64,000 nt of DNA from an uncultured Bacilli bacterium (GTDB taxonomy: Bacteria; Bacillota_I; Bacilli_A; RF39; UBA660): NCBI GenBank assembly GCA_947632115.1, contig CANROB010000006.1, forward strand, positions 3,844 through 67,843, given 5' to 3'. Below are positions 10,185 through 19,064 of the stretch, one piece after another. Below the pieces are notes generated by a model. That model searched no databases. It saw only the letters and a program-made list of their open reading frames with translations, and had not been told where the DNA came from. A program made the position numbers and the translations under genes. Position 1 is the stretch's first letter, and each line of letters begins with the position of its first letter.

Positions 10185-10186
10185 AA

Positions 10187-10209
10187 GGGCTAATTTTTAG
10201 CTCTTTTTT
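10187..10209 (+). terminator. Rho-independent terminator
   Basis: GGGCTAA-ttt-TTAGCTC hairpin (one G-U pair) followed by T6. Confidence 0.6.
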
Positions 10210-10272
10210 CTATAATCCTTTTTAGAATTTGAAAAATGTGATAAAATGATATTTGTTAATTGAGGAGTCATT

Positions 10273-11442
10273 ATGAAAAAATTATTATTAATTAAATACG
10301 GAGAACTTACTACCAAAAAAGGAAATCGAAAAACATTCATTAAGTTATTAGTAAAAAACATTCAAGCGGTTTTAGCAGATGAGGATTATCAAATTCGCTA
10401 TGACCGTGTGCGCATGTATATTGAAAGTGATTCTCTTACCACTATTCAAGAAAAACTTACAAAAGTATTTGGTATTCACAGTATAGTCGAATGCTATCAA
10501 GTAAATACTAATATGGAAGAAATCGCTTCTTCTTTAGTGACGCTTTTAAAAGATGTTTCTTTTCAAACTTTTAAAGTAGAAACGAAAAGAGCTGATAAAG
10601 ATTTTTCTATTCACAGTATGGAAGTAAGTAGAAGATTAGGAGGAGTCATTCTTAAAAATTTTCCTTGTAAGGTAGATGTTCACAATCCTGAGATGAAAAT
10701 TGAAGTAGAAATTAGAAAAGAGGGAACCTTTCTTTATGTCCGTGAGATAGCTGGTATTGGTGGTTATCCTGTTGGTATTCAAGGAAAAGGACTTTTGATG
10801 TTAAGTGGAGGAATCGATTCTCCGGTTGCTGGGTACTTATCTTTAAAAAGAGGAGTAGACCTAGAGTGCCTTTATTTTGAATCCCCACCTCATACAAGTT
10901 TAGAAGCAAAAAATAAAGTGGTGAAGTTAGCGAGCATTTTAAATGCTTATTCTGGAAATTTAAAAGTATTAGTTGTTCCTTTTACGAAATTACAAGAAGA
11001 AATTTATAAAAATGTTCCAGAAAGTTACGTTATTACGATTATGCGAAGGATGATGTACCGGATTGCTTCGAAAATAATAGAAAGGAGAAGACTAAAAGTT
11101 ATTTTTAACGGAGAATCAGTGGGTCAAGTAGCAAGTCAAACTTTAGATAGTATGCGTGTTATTAATAGTGTAACCAATATTCCTGTTATTAGACCTGTTG
11201 CCTGCATGGATAAATTAGAAATTATCGAACTTGCAAAAAAAATTGGAACGTATGAAACAAGTATTTTACCTTATGAAGATTGTTGTACGATCTTTTTACC
11301 AAAACATCCTGTTATCAATCCTGACTTAGAAAAATGTCTTTTGTATGAATCTTTCTTTGATTATGAGAGTTTGGTTGAAGAATGCGTTCAAAATATTGAA
11401 GTTATCTCTTTAAAAGAAACCAAAAAAGATGAGTTATTATAA
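10273..11442 (+). CDS. thiI: tRNA uracil 4-sulfurtransferase ThiI
   Basis: KYGELTTKKGNR N-terminus, a THUMP region and the SGGIDSPVAG PP-loop. No rhodanese domain, as in Bacillus ThiI. Confidence 0.9.
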   Translation: MKKLLLIKYGELTTKKGNRKTFIKLLVKNIQAVLADEDYQIRYDRVRMYIESDSLTTIQEKLTKVFGIHSIVECYQVNTNMEEIASSLVTLLKDVSFQTFKVETKRADKDFSIHSMEVSRRLGGVILKNFPCKVDVHNPEMKIEVEIRKEGTFLYVREIAGIGGYPVGIQGKGLLMLSGGIDSPVAGYLSLKRGVDLECLYFESPPHTSLEAKNKVVKLASILNAYSGNLKVLVVPFTKLQEEIYKNVPESYVITIMRRMMYRIASKIIERRRLKVIFNGESVGQVASQTLDSMRVINSVTNIPVIRPVACMDKLEIIELAKKIGTYETSILPYEDCCTIFLPKHPVINPDLEKCLLYESFFDYESLVEECVQNIEVISLKETKKDELL

Positions 11443-11456
11443 CCAATAATTACCAA

Positions 11457-11485
11457 GTATGAAAACCTCATTTGTACACATTCTA
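11457..11485 (+). promoter_or_regulatory. Candidate forespore (sigma-G/F type) promoter of the SASP gene
   Basis: GTATG (11457-11461), a 17-nt spacer, then CATTCTA (11479-11485). This matches the remembered GnATr-17/18-CAtnnTA consensus. AGGAGG RBS follows at 11496-11501. Confidence 0.4.
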
Positions 11486-11507
11486 TTAGTGTACAGGAGG
11501 TGAGAAT

Positions 11508-11717
11508 ATGAATAACAATAGTAATACAAATAAACTAGTTGTACCTGGTGCTAAACAAGCTATCGAAAAAATGAAATATGAAATAGCTTCTGAATTAGGT
11601 GTTGCTATGGGTCCAGATGCTTCATCAAGAGCTAATGGTTCTGTTGGTGGAGAAATCACTAAAAGATTAGTAAAAATGGGAGAGCAACAATTAGGAATGA
11701 ATAACTTCCAAAAGTAG
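11508..11717 (+). CDS. Alpha/beta-type small acid-soluble spore protein
   Basis: 69 aa with the two conserved SASP blocks [10 protein letters not shown] and GGEITKRLV. It lies next to thiI, as does Bacillus sspA. Confidence 0.9.
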   Translation: MNNNSNTNKLVVPGAKQAIEKMKYEIASELGVAMGPDASSRANGSVGGEITKRLVKMGEQQLGMNNFQK

Positions 11718-11720
11718 TTA

Positions 11721-11747
11721 AAAAAAGATAGATATCTATCTTTTTTT
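11721..11747 (+). terminator. Rho-independent terminator of the SASP gene
   Basis: Perfect palindrome AGATAGAT/ATCTATCT followed by a T-run. Confidence 0.7.
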
Positions 11748-11770
11748 CTTTTTCTTTTGTTCTATTTTTC

Positions 11771-11799
11771 TTGTGAAAAGATGGGATCTATGGTATCAT
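11771..11799 (+). promoter_or_regulatory. sigma-A promoter of miaB
   Basis: TTGTGA, a 17-nt spacer, then TGgTATCAT. It lies inside the over-extended track ORF that starts at 11757. Confidence 0.55.
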
Positions 11800-11819
11800 G
11801 GAGAAGTGGAAGTGATTGT

Positions 11820-13232
11820 ATGAATTTACCAAATCTAAAAGAAGCTCAAAAAAGAACGCATAATAAAATTCCTTTTTTAGAAGAAGAATATGAAGTAAAT
11901 GATTCTTTAAAAGAATTAGGAAAAGGAAAATACTATTATATTCGTACCTATGGTTGTCAGATGAATGTCCATGACTCTGAGAATATCAAAGCCATTTTAG
12001 AGATGATGTCTTTTAAAGAAACGGATGAGTTAGAGAAGGCGGATTTTATTCTTTTAAATACTTGTGCGATTCGGGAAAATGCTCATAATAAAATGTTTGG
12101 CTTTTTAGGAAGAGTAAAGCATTTAAAAGAGGAAAAGCCAAGTATTATTACTGCTATTTGTGGTTGTATGGCCCAAGAAGAAAGCGTTGTAGATGCTCTT
12201 ATGAAAAAATATAAGTGGGTAGATATCGTTTTTGGTACCCATAATATTCATCATCTTCCTTATATCTTAGAGCGTTCTATGGCAAGACAAACACAAGAAA
12301 TTGAAGTTTTCAGTAAAGAGGGAGAAGTTATTGAAAATATTCCTGTAAAGCGGGATTCTAAATATAAAGCTTGGGTTAATATTATGTTTGGGTGTGATAA
12401 GTTCTGTACTTACTGTATTGTTCCCTATACAAGAGGAAAACAAAGAAGTAGAAAGCCTGAATGGATTGTAAAAGAAGTAGAAGATTTAGTAAAAAAGGGT
12501 TATCAAGAAGTAACCTTATTAGGTCAAAATGTAAATGCTTACGGAAAAGATTTAGAAAATCCTTGTAATATGGGAAATCTTCTAGAAATGATTGCTAAGA
12601 CAAATATTCCAAGAATTCGTTTTATGACAAGTCATCCTTGGGACTTTAATGATGAGATGATTGATGTCATTAGTAAATATGATAACATTATGCCTTATGT
12701 TCATCTTCCTTTACAAAGTGGCTCTGATCGCATTTTAAAATTAATGGGAAGAAGATATACGAAAGAAGAATATTTAAATTTAGTATCAAAATTAAAAGCG
12801 AAAATTCCTAATCTTGCCCTTACAACGGATATTATTGTAGGATTCCCAGGCGAGACAAGAGAAGATTTTGAAGAAACTTTAGATGTTGTAAAAATCTGTG
12901 AATATGATTCCGCTTTTACTTTTATCTTTTCTCCAAGAGAGGGAACACCAGCTGCGAAAATGGAAGATAAGACAACTCTAGAAGAAAAAAATGAACGGTT
13001 ACAAGAATTAAATGAACTTGTAAATGAATATGCCAATAAGAAGAATCAAGAATACTTAGGAAAAGTGGTCAAAGTTTTAATTGAAGGACCATCAGAAAAA
13101 GGAAACTTAATGGGATATACCGAGACCATGAAGTTAGTGAATGTTGATGGTAAGGAAGATTTGATTGGCAAAATTGTGGATGTAGAAATCACGAGTGTGA
13201 AGACATGGAGTTTAGATGGAAAAGTAGTGTAA
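11820..13232 (+). CDS. miaB: tRNA-i6A37 methylthiotransferase MiaB
   Basis: YYIRTYGCQMNVHDSE MTTase N-domain, the radical-SAM CDKFCTYC motif and a C-terminal TRAM domain. The ATG at 11820, downstream of the promoter, is preferred. Confidence 0.9.
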   Translation: MNLPNLKEAQKRTHNKIPFLEEEYEVNDSLKELGKGKYYYIRTYGCQMNVHDSENIKAILEMMSFKETDELEKADFILLNTCAIRENAHNKMFGFLGRVKHLKEEKPSIITAICGCMAQEESVVDALMKKYKWVDIVFGTHNIHHLPYILERSMARQTQEIEVFSKEGEVIENIPVKRDSKYKAWVNIMFGCDKFCTYCIVPYTRGKQRSRKPEWIVKEVEDLVKKGYQEVTLLGQNVNAYGKDLENPCNMGNLLEMIAKTNIPRIRFMTSHPWDFNDEMIDVISKYDNIMPYVHLPLQSGSDRILKLMGRRYTKEEYLNLVSKLKAKIPNLALTTDIIVGFPGETREDFEETLDVVKICEYDSAFTFIFSPREGTPAAKMEDKTTLEEKNERLQELNELVNEYANKKNQEYLGKVVKVLIEGPSEKGNLMGYTETMKLVNVDGKEDLIGKIVDVEITSVKTWSLDGKVV

Positions 13233-13269
13233 ACTACTTTTTTATGGTATAATGTAGTAGGAGGAATTT

Positions 13270-13995
13270 ATGAAAAAAATAAAATACTTAATCCTTTTTC
13301 TTTTTACTAGTTTTTTGATAACCGGATGTGGGAATACTAGCAAAGAAGAAGTGGAAACTGCTTTAAAAAATATGAAGGATTTAAAAAGTTCTACCGTTGA
13401 AGTAAAAACAGAAGTAGGAAGTAGTGAATATGCTATTACGACCCAAACAACGACAGATTTAATAAAAGGAGGAAATGTTTCTCATTCTACCACTAAAATG
13501 GATATTTATGGAACGATGATAGAATCTGAATCTTATACAGAAAAAGAGGGAGATACTTTATATACTTATACTTCTGATGATGGCGGAGTAACTTGGACCT
13601 ATACGGAAGAAGAGAGTAAGGATACTACAAGTGATATGGATTCTATTAATCGTTTAACGGAAAACTATAAATCGATTAAAAAAGTAAAATCTAATCGTTC
13701 GGGAGAAACAAAATATGAATTGACGATTGATAAATCTATCTTTAATGATGCTATTACTGAAAATGAAGAAGATCCTTTGGAATTAGAGAAAGATGTTATT
13801 CTTACTATCTATATTAAAAAAGGTTATATTACAACCATGGAAATGAATTTGTTAGATGTTGTAGATGCCATTAAAGAAGAAGGAATTTCCGTTTATAAGA
13901 TGACCTTTAATATTTCTAATCATAATCAAGTTGATGAAATTAAGGTTCCAGAAGAGATTAAGAAAAAGGCAACTTTAATGGAAGAGGAAGAATAA
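13270..13995 (+). CDS. Lipoprotein of unknown function
   Basis: Signal peptide with the lipobox LITGC. Thr/Glu-rich mature part. Confidence 0.65.
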   Translation: MKKIKYLILFLFTSFLITGCGNTSKEEVETALKNMKDLKSSTVEVKTEVGSSEYAITTQTTTDLIKGGNVSHSTTKMDIYGTMIESESYTEKEGDTLYTYTSDDGGVTWTYTEEESKDTTSDMDSINRLTENYKSIKKVKSNRSGETKYELTIDKSIFNDAITENEEDPLELEKDVILTIYIKKGYITTMEMNLLDVVDAIKEEGISVYKMTFNISNHNQVDEIKVPEEIKKKATLMEEEE

Positions 13996-14009
13996 TTCCT
14001 CTTCTTTTT
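13981..14009 (+). terminator. Rho-independent terminator
   Basis: GAAGAGGAA/TTCCTCTTC 9-bp stem spanning the stop codon, followed by T5. Confidence 0.75.
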
Positions 14010-14082
14010 CGTTGATGTGAAAAAATTGACTTTTTTGAAATTTTCTATATAATAAAAACCGTTTAGAGAAAAGAGGGGGATT

Positions 14083-17040
14083 ATGAAAATTTTAAAAAGA
14101 ATTGCTATCCTTTTTTTAGTCATTGTTTTCTGTTTAGAATGTCTTTTTTTAATTCATAATCATTGGTTTTCAAAAAAAGAGGAGGAACCGGCTTATTGGA
14201 GTGATGCCAATAAACCTACTTTTTATGGAACAACAGCTATTCGCGTTCCTTTAGAAACCAAAATAGATTATTTAAAAGATGCGAAATTTCGCCTTTTTGC
14301 TAAAGATAATGAAGATGGTGATTTAACCAATCAAATAAAAGCAGAGGATAATATCGATATTCACAAAACAGGAACTTATGAGATAAACTATCAAGTAACA
14401 GATAGTAATCATAATACAATTACTTTAACTGTTCCTGTTGAGGTTGTAAGTGGAACAACAGAGATTTGGATGGAAAAAACCATGTATTCTCTTCCTTCTG
14501 TTCGCCATTTGAATACATTAGGATATACACGTGGAAATAATATGGACCGGCAAATCCTAGGCCTTTTTTTAGAGGCAGGGGGAACTATTATGATGAGAAC
14601 CACTTCTGATGATATAAAGTTAGAAGTAGATTTTCAGAATAATGCTTCGTTTAAAGAATCTAAAAAAGAGATTGGTAACGACTGGGTTTCTATTAAAAAT
14701 GAATATTTCGTAAAAGATATTCATTCTACTTATTTAAGTGTTCCTACTATTAAAACACTATTTGAACAAGAAAAAGAAGTTACTTATGAAATCAAATATG
14801 ATGGAGCAGATACCAGAATTCAGTCTTTACATTATTACCATCAAGGGGATGGGGAAGACTATCAAGAAAAATTCTTAAGAGAATGGAAAGATGATAAAGA
14901 ATCTTATGCTATTCTGGATGGTGCCTCAATGATGATTTTACTTCCTTATGATGACTATCAAAAAATAGTTACCCAAGAGGAATCTTGGAAAACTTTTGAT
15001 GAATTTTTTGCTTGGTGGAATCAGGAAATGGAAGAACTAGATTCCTTAATTGGACTTTCCTATACTCCTAAAGAGTCCTATAATCAAGCTATTAAAACAA
15101 AATACTTTGTGAAAGCTGATGAAAGTGCAAACGGTGGAAATTACTATGATGGGATGGATCATATTGGAATAAGTGGGACATCTGTTGCTAGTATCTTTTC
15201 CTTATCTTGGGATAACATTCACTTAATTGCGCATGGTTATCAGGGAATATTAGGGTCTAATGAGGGAACTCTTCCTATTACTGAAGCTATTCCTAATGTT
15301 TTAAGTTATTATTTAGAAGACGTAAAAAAATCTTTTTCTTCTGAAGATTCTTGGCTGGATTTAGAGAAAAAGGAAACCGAATATAATAAGACCCGAGAAA
15401 ACGATATTTTTAAAAGTTCACAAACAGCAAAAGAAAATACCAAAGCAATGACTTATGCTTTTGTCAATCTGTTAAATTATTTTGAAGATTACGAGGAAGC
15501 TTATGCTTTTATTAATCAATACTATCGGGACTATTATGCCAAAAATGGAAAAAAATTGACTACCCAAGATGCTTGGGCATTAGCTTTAAAAGAAAAGTAT
15601 CAAGTAAATATTATTCCTTATTTTCAATCTTGGAATATAGAAGTATCAGAGGACGTAAAAGATGAGTTAATGCGTAGTAACACAACTACTCTTTTCTATA
15701 TGAAAGATATCTTAAAAGATGATGAATTAGTAGAGGAAACAAAACAAGAACTGCAAAAAGTAGGAGAATATGCTTTAGTAAACAATCAAGAATTACAAAC
15801 AAAATCTTTAAAAGGACTTGTCACTTTCCAAATAGATGCTTCTAATCTTTCTTTCCTTTTGGGAAAAAATTTCATGATTTATGATGGTATTAAAAAAATA
15901 ACTACTGTTCCTATTACCAAGTCCAAAGTATCTATTAGTCTACCAGTTGGTAGTTATAAAGTGGCACTCCCACGAGTTAATGGATTTTTTGAATATCAAC
16001 ATGAATATTTAGAAGTGACGAATAGTAATGAAAATATTCTTCCTATTCATTATGAGAAGATTGAGGATATTTCTTATGAAAATGATATTCAAGTAATCGC
16101 ACAAGGATATCAGGAAAAGTCTTTATTTGAAATAGAAAGAGAAAAGAAAAAATTAGTATTCCACTATTCTAGTAATATTACGAATAAAAAAGATACTACA
16201 GCCAATAATGGTGTTATTACACTAACTGTTTTCAATACTCAAAATAAGAAAGTATACTCTAAAAGTATTTATCGAAACAATGGATCTTATTTCAAAGAAG
16301 ATGGACTAGAAATAGAAAATGTTCCTATTGAAATAGGTTATAAGTTAAAAATTTCTTCTGATGATAAAGACTTTAATATTTCTTTTTATAGTACTCTAAC
16401 AGGAAAAGAACTTAAAAATTATGCTATGAATCAAGAAAGAACTTACCGAATTACTGAATATGGTTTGGTTCCAGAAGATTGGATGAGTGAGAAAAACAAA
16501 GTATATAAAGAATATAAATCTAGATTGGATGATTATATTGTTTCTTCTATGGAAGAACTTTCTCAACCACTTTTCTCACCAAGAAAATTGATGGCTATTA
16601 AAACTTCTATTGAAAAATTAACAAAAGAAGATCAAAAACAATATCAATCTTTATTGGATAAAATAAATCCAAAGGATACCAATAGTAACACGAATACAAA
16701 TAGTAACACAAATACGAATAGTAACACAAATACCAATAGCAACACGAATACCAATAGTAACACAAATACCAATAGTAACACAAATACGAATAGTAACACG
16801 AATACGAACAGTAACACAAATACCAATAGCAATACGAATACCAATAGCAACACAAATACGAACAGTAACACGAATACCAATAGTAATACAAATATTAATA
16901 CTAACAGTAATATTACTAGTCAAAAAAATAAGGATAATGGTACTGATATAGAAAGTAAGATTGCTATTTTTGGAATTATTGTTACAAGTGCTTTATTAAT
17001 TGTTCTCCAGTTTATTTGGGGTAAGGAAAAAAGATATTAG
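14083..17040 (+). CDS. Large surface protein: Ig-like (DUF5011-type) domain, M60/enhancin-like domain with a degenerate zinc motif, (NTNTNS)n stalk and C-terminal TM anchor
   Basis: Signal/TM at the N-terminus. DGDLTNQI...GTYEINYQVTDSNHNTITLTVPVEVV is Ig-like. WDNIHLIAHGYQG (15208-15246) aligns by eye with the M60 motif WG..HE.GH..Q but has Leu in place of the catalytic Glu. The C-terminal TM is IAIFGIIVTSALLIVLQFIW. Confidence 0.7.
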   Translation: MKILKRIAILFLVIVFCLECLFLIHNHWFSKKEEEPAYWSDANKPTFYGTTAIRVPLETKIDYLKDAKFRLFAKDNEDGDLTNQIKAEDNIDIHKTGTYEINYQVTDSNHNTITLTVPVEVVSGTTEIWMEKTMYSLPSVRHLNTLGYTRGNNMDRQILGLFLEAGGTIMMRTTSDDIKLEVDFQNNASFKESKKEIGNDWVSIKNEYFVKDIHSTYLSVPTIKTLFEQEKEVTYEIKYDGADTRIQSLHYYHQGDGEDYQEKFLREWKDDKESYAILDGASMMILLPYDDYQKIVTQEESWKTFDEFFAWWNQEMEELDSLIGLSYTPKESYNQAIKTKYFVKADESANGGNYYDGMDHIGISGTSVASIFSLSWDNIHLIAHGYQGILGSNEGTLPITEAIPNVLSYYLEDVKKSFSSEDSWLDLEKKETEYNKTRENDIFKSSQTAKENTKAMTYAFVNLLNYFEDYEEAYAFINQYYRDYYAKNGKKLTTQDAWALALKEKYQVNIIPYFQSWNIEVSEDVKDELMRSNTTTLFYMKDILKDDELVEETKQELQKVGEYALVNNQELQTKSLKGLVTFQIDASNLSFLLGKNFMIYDGIKKITTVPITKSKVSISLPVGSYKVALPRVNGFFEYQHEYLEVTNSNENILPIHYEKIEDISYENDIQVIAQGYQEKSLFEIEREKKKLVFHYSSNITNKKDTTANNGVITLTVFNTQNKKVYSKSIYRNNGSYFKEDGLEIENVPIEIGYKLKISSDDKDFNISFYSTLTGKELKNYAMNQERTYRITEYGLVPEDWMSEKNKVYKEYKSRLDDYIVSSMEELSQPLFSPRKLMAIKTSIEKLTKEDQKQYQSLLDKINPKDTNSNTNTNSNTNTNSNTNTNSNTNTNSNTNTNSNTNTNSNTNTNSNTNTNSNTNTNSNTNTNSNTNTNSNTNINTNSNITSQKNKDNGTDIESKIAIFGIIVTSALLIVLQFIWGKEKRY
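16678..16917 (+). repeat. In-frame 18-nt tandem repeat encoding about 12-13 copies of NTNTNS
   Basis: Direct reading gives acc aat agt aac acg aat ... repeated. The units differ mainly at synonymous third positions (acg/aca/acc, agt/agc). Confidence 0.9.
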
Positions 17041-17115
17041 AGGTTATTTTAATATCTTTTTTCTTTTTGGTACTTTTTTCTTACTTTCGCATACATTAAA
17101 GTGAGGAGTGATGAT

Positions 17116-17646
17116 ATGGCAGCCTATAAGGAGATTGTCACAAAAGCAATTATTGGAAAAGGAAAGAAAAGTTTTAAAGATAATTATGATTTAGAGGTAG
17201 AAGTAGAGCCATCAACAGTGCTTGGTTGTTGGGTCATTAACCATAAATTCAAAGGATATAAATCGGGAGATCAAGTAGGTGTATCTGGTAGTTATGATGT
17301 GAACATTTGGTATTCTTATGAGAATGATAGTAAAACGATGGTCGTAAATAAAAAAGTGGAATACAGTCATACTTTTAATGTTCGATTGAGAAACCAGGCA
17401 GACTTATCCGAGGATACCGATATCATTGTTAGACCATTATATCAACCAAATTGTTCTGATGTCCATATTGAGGGAAATAAGATTCATTTTACGGTAGAAA
17501 AAGAATTAGGAGTAGAAATTGTTGGAGAGACAAAGATGAAAATTGCGATAGAAGAGGATGAGGATCCTTGGGATGTAATTGAAGACGAGGTAAAAGAGGA
17601 AGATTTAAAAACAATTGATGAAGAAGTAAAAGAAGATTACTTATAG
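17116..17646 (+). CDS. cotE: Outer spore coat morphogenetic protein CotE
   Basis: MAAYKEIVTKAIIGKGKK...VLGCWVINHKF...VNIWYSY...QPNC...VVGETK plus an acidic C-terminal tail, collinear with my memory of B. subtilis CotE. GAGGAG RBS at 17103-17108. Confidence 0.85.
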   Translation: MAAYKEIVTKAIIGKGKKSFKDNYDLEVEVEPSTVLGCWVINHKFKGYKSGDQVGVSGSYDVNIWYSYENDSKTMVVNKKVEYSHTFNVRLRNQADLSEDTDIIVRPLYQPNCSDVHIEGNKIHFTVEKELGVEIVGETKMKIAIEEDEDPWDVIEDEVKEEDLKTIDEEVKEDYL

Positions 17647-17678
17647 CATGTCAACCAAAAATAGTTGACATGCTTTTT
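17646..17678 (+). terminator. Rho-independent terminator of cotE
   Basis: GCATGTCAAC/GTTGACATGC 10-bp stem followed by T5. Confidence 0.8.
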
Positions 17679-17716
17679 CTTTTATGGTATTATCTTATAG
17701 GAATGGAGGAGAAATT

Positions 17717-18001
17717 ATGGCAGTTAAATTAAGATTAAGAAGAATGGGAGCTAAGAAAAGACCTTTTTATCGTATTGTAGCAGCTGATTCAAGATTCCCA
17801 AGAGATGGAAGATTTATTGAAGAGATTGGATATTATAATCCTATTGAAACTCCAGCAGTTGTAAAAATCGATGAAGCAAAAGCACTTTCTTGGTTACAAA
17901 ATGGAGCTATTCCTTCTGATACTGTAAGAGATTTATTTAGCAAAGAAGGTATCATGAAGAAATTCCATGAATCTAAAATGACAAAGAAAGAAGAGAAATA
18001 A
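17717..18001 (+). CDS. rpsP: 30S ribosomal protein S16
   Basis: [37 protein letters not shown] TGgTATTAT promoter element sits at 17685-17693. Confidence 0.95.
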   Translation: MAVKLRLRRMGAKKRPFYRIVAADSRFPRDGRFIEEIGYYNPIETPAVVKIDEAKALSWLQNGAIPSDTVRDLFSKEGIMKKFHESKMTKKEEK

Positions 18002-18243
18002 TGAATTTAGTAGAATTGACGGAATATTTAGTAAAAAGCATTGCGACAGATTCTGCTAGCGTAACCGTAAAGAAAAATGATGAGGATGACTCTATCATTG
18101 AGGTTACTGTTTCAGAAAGTGATTTAGGCGCTGTTATTGGAAGAGGGGGAAAGACCGCTAATGCGATTCGTACGCTTGTCCAAGCTGCTGCTTATACCAA
18201 TAATCAAGGAAGAGTAAGAATTAATATTGATGCCAAAAAGTAG
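18001..18243 (+). CDS. ylqC: KH-domain RNA-binding protein (YlqC family)
   Basis: 80 aa with the GxxG KH motif (IGRGGKTANAIR). The start overlaps the rpsP stop (TAATG), the conserved rpsP-ylqC arrangement. Confidence 0.8.
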   Translation: MNLVELTEYLVKSIATDSASVTVKKNDEDDSIIEVTVSESDLGAVIGRGGKTANAIRTLVQAAAYTNNQGRVRINIDAKK

Positions 18244-18259
18244 TATAACTACTTTTTTT
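18235..18259 (+). terminator. Rho-independent terminator
   Basis: AGTAGT-ata-ACTACT hairpin followed by T7. Confidence 0.65.
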
Positions 18260-18329
18260 GTTTTCTCTTTTCGATAAATAGGAATTATGTTATAATGTTT
18301 ATGGAATAAAATGTAGTAACGGAGGAATT

Positions 18330-19064
18330 ATGGATTATGAAGGATTAAAAATCCCCACCCATGTAGGTATTATTATGGATGGTAATGGCAGATGGGCTAA
18401 AGAAAGAGGAATGACTCGTAGTCAAGGCCATGAAGCGGGATTTGAAAATTTAAAAAAAATAAGTAAATATATTTATTCTAAGGGTATAAAAGTTTTAAGT
18501 ATTTATGCTTTTTCAACCGAAAATTTTAAAAGAAGTAAAGAAGAAGTCGATTTTTTAATGAAACTTTTTGAACATAAATTTAAAGAGTATTCCAATCAGA
18601 TGAAAGAAGATAACATTAAAGTGGTATTTTCAGGAAAAAAAGCGCATCCTCTTCCTGATGCCGTTATTGCTGTAATGAAAGAAATAGAAGAGGATACTAA
18701 GGATAAAACAGGTGGTATTTTAAATATTTGTGTGAACTATGGGGGACACTTGGAAATTGTCGAAGCTACCAAAAAAATTAGTGCTTTAGTAAGAGATGGA
18801 AAATTATCTTTAGAGGACATTACGGAAGAAAGTTTTTCGCATTATCTTTTTCAGGATTTGCCACCCATTGATTTTTTAATTCGGACAAGTGGAGAAGTAC
18901 GAATTAGCAATTTTATGTTATATCAATTAAGTTATGCAGAAATGTATTTTCCTAGTATTTATTTTCCAGCATTTGATGAGGCTTCATTTGATGATGCGAT
19001 TCTTATCTATAATAAAAGAGATCGTAGGTTTGGAGGGATAAAGGATGAAAATACGAATCATTAG
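18330..19064 (+). CDS. uppS: Isoprenyl transferase / undecaprenyl-diphosphate synthase
   Basis: IIMDGNGRWA, RTSGEVRISNF and a C-terminal RRFGG. Confidence 0.9.
   Translation: MDYEGLKIPTHVGIIMDGNGRWAKERGMTRSQGHEAGFENLKKISKYIYSKGIKVLSIYAFSTENFKRSKEEVDFLMKLFEHKFKEYSNQMKEDNIKVVFSGKKAHPLPDAVIAVMKEIEEDTKDKTGGILNICVNYGGHLEIVEATKKISALVRDGKLSLEDITEESFSHYLFQDLPPIDFLIRTSGEVRISNFMLYQLSYAEMYFPSIYFPAFDEASFDDAILIYNKRDRRFGGIKDENTNH

Noticed and set aside
16678-16917. A CRISPR-like or satellite array.
   Set aside because: The period is 18 nt with no spacers. It is in frame within a CDS and encodes a peptide repeat, so it is not a CRISPR array.
16607-16923. Three minus-strand ORFs (16607-16891, 16644-16880, 16651-16923) encoding YWY/CYC, VFVLL and IRV/GI repeats.
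   Set aside because: They are antisense read-throughs of the 18-nt NTNTNS tandem repeat inside the 985-aa gene. Their periodic low-complexity products and lack of any RBS make them artefacts.
17069-17098. A sigma-K-like element (AC-17 nt-CATACATTA) upstream of cotE.
   Set aside because: It matches the remembered AC-16/17-CATAnnnTA consensus. However, the -10 ends only 5 nt before the GAGGAG RBS, so the predicted transcription start would fall in or after the Shine-Dalgarno. It is left as unproven.
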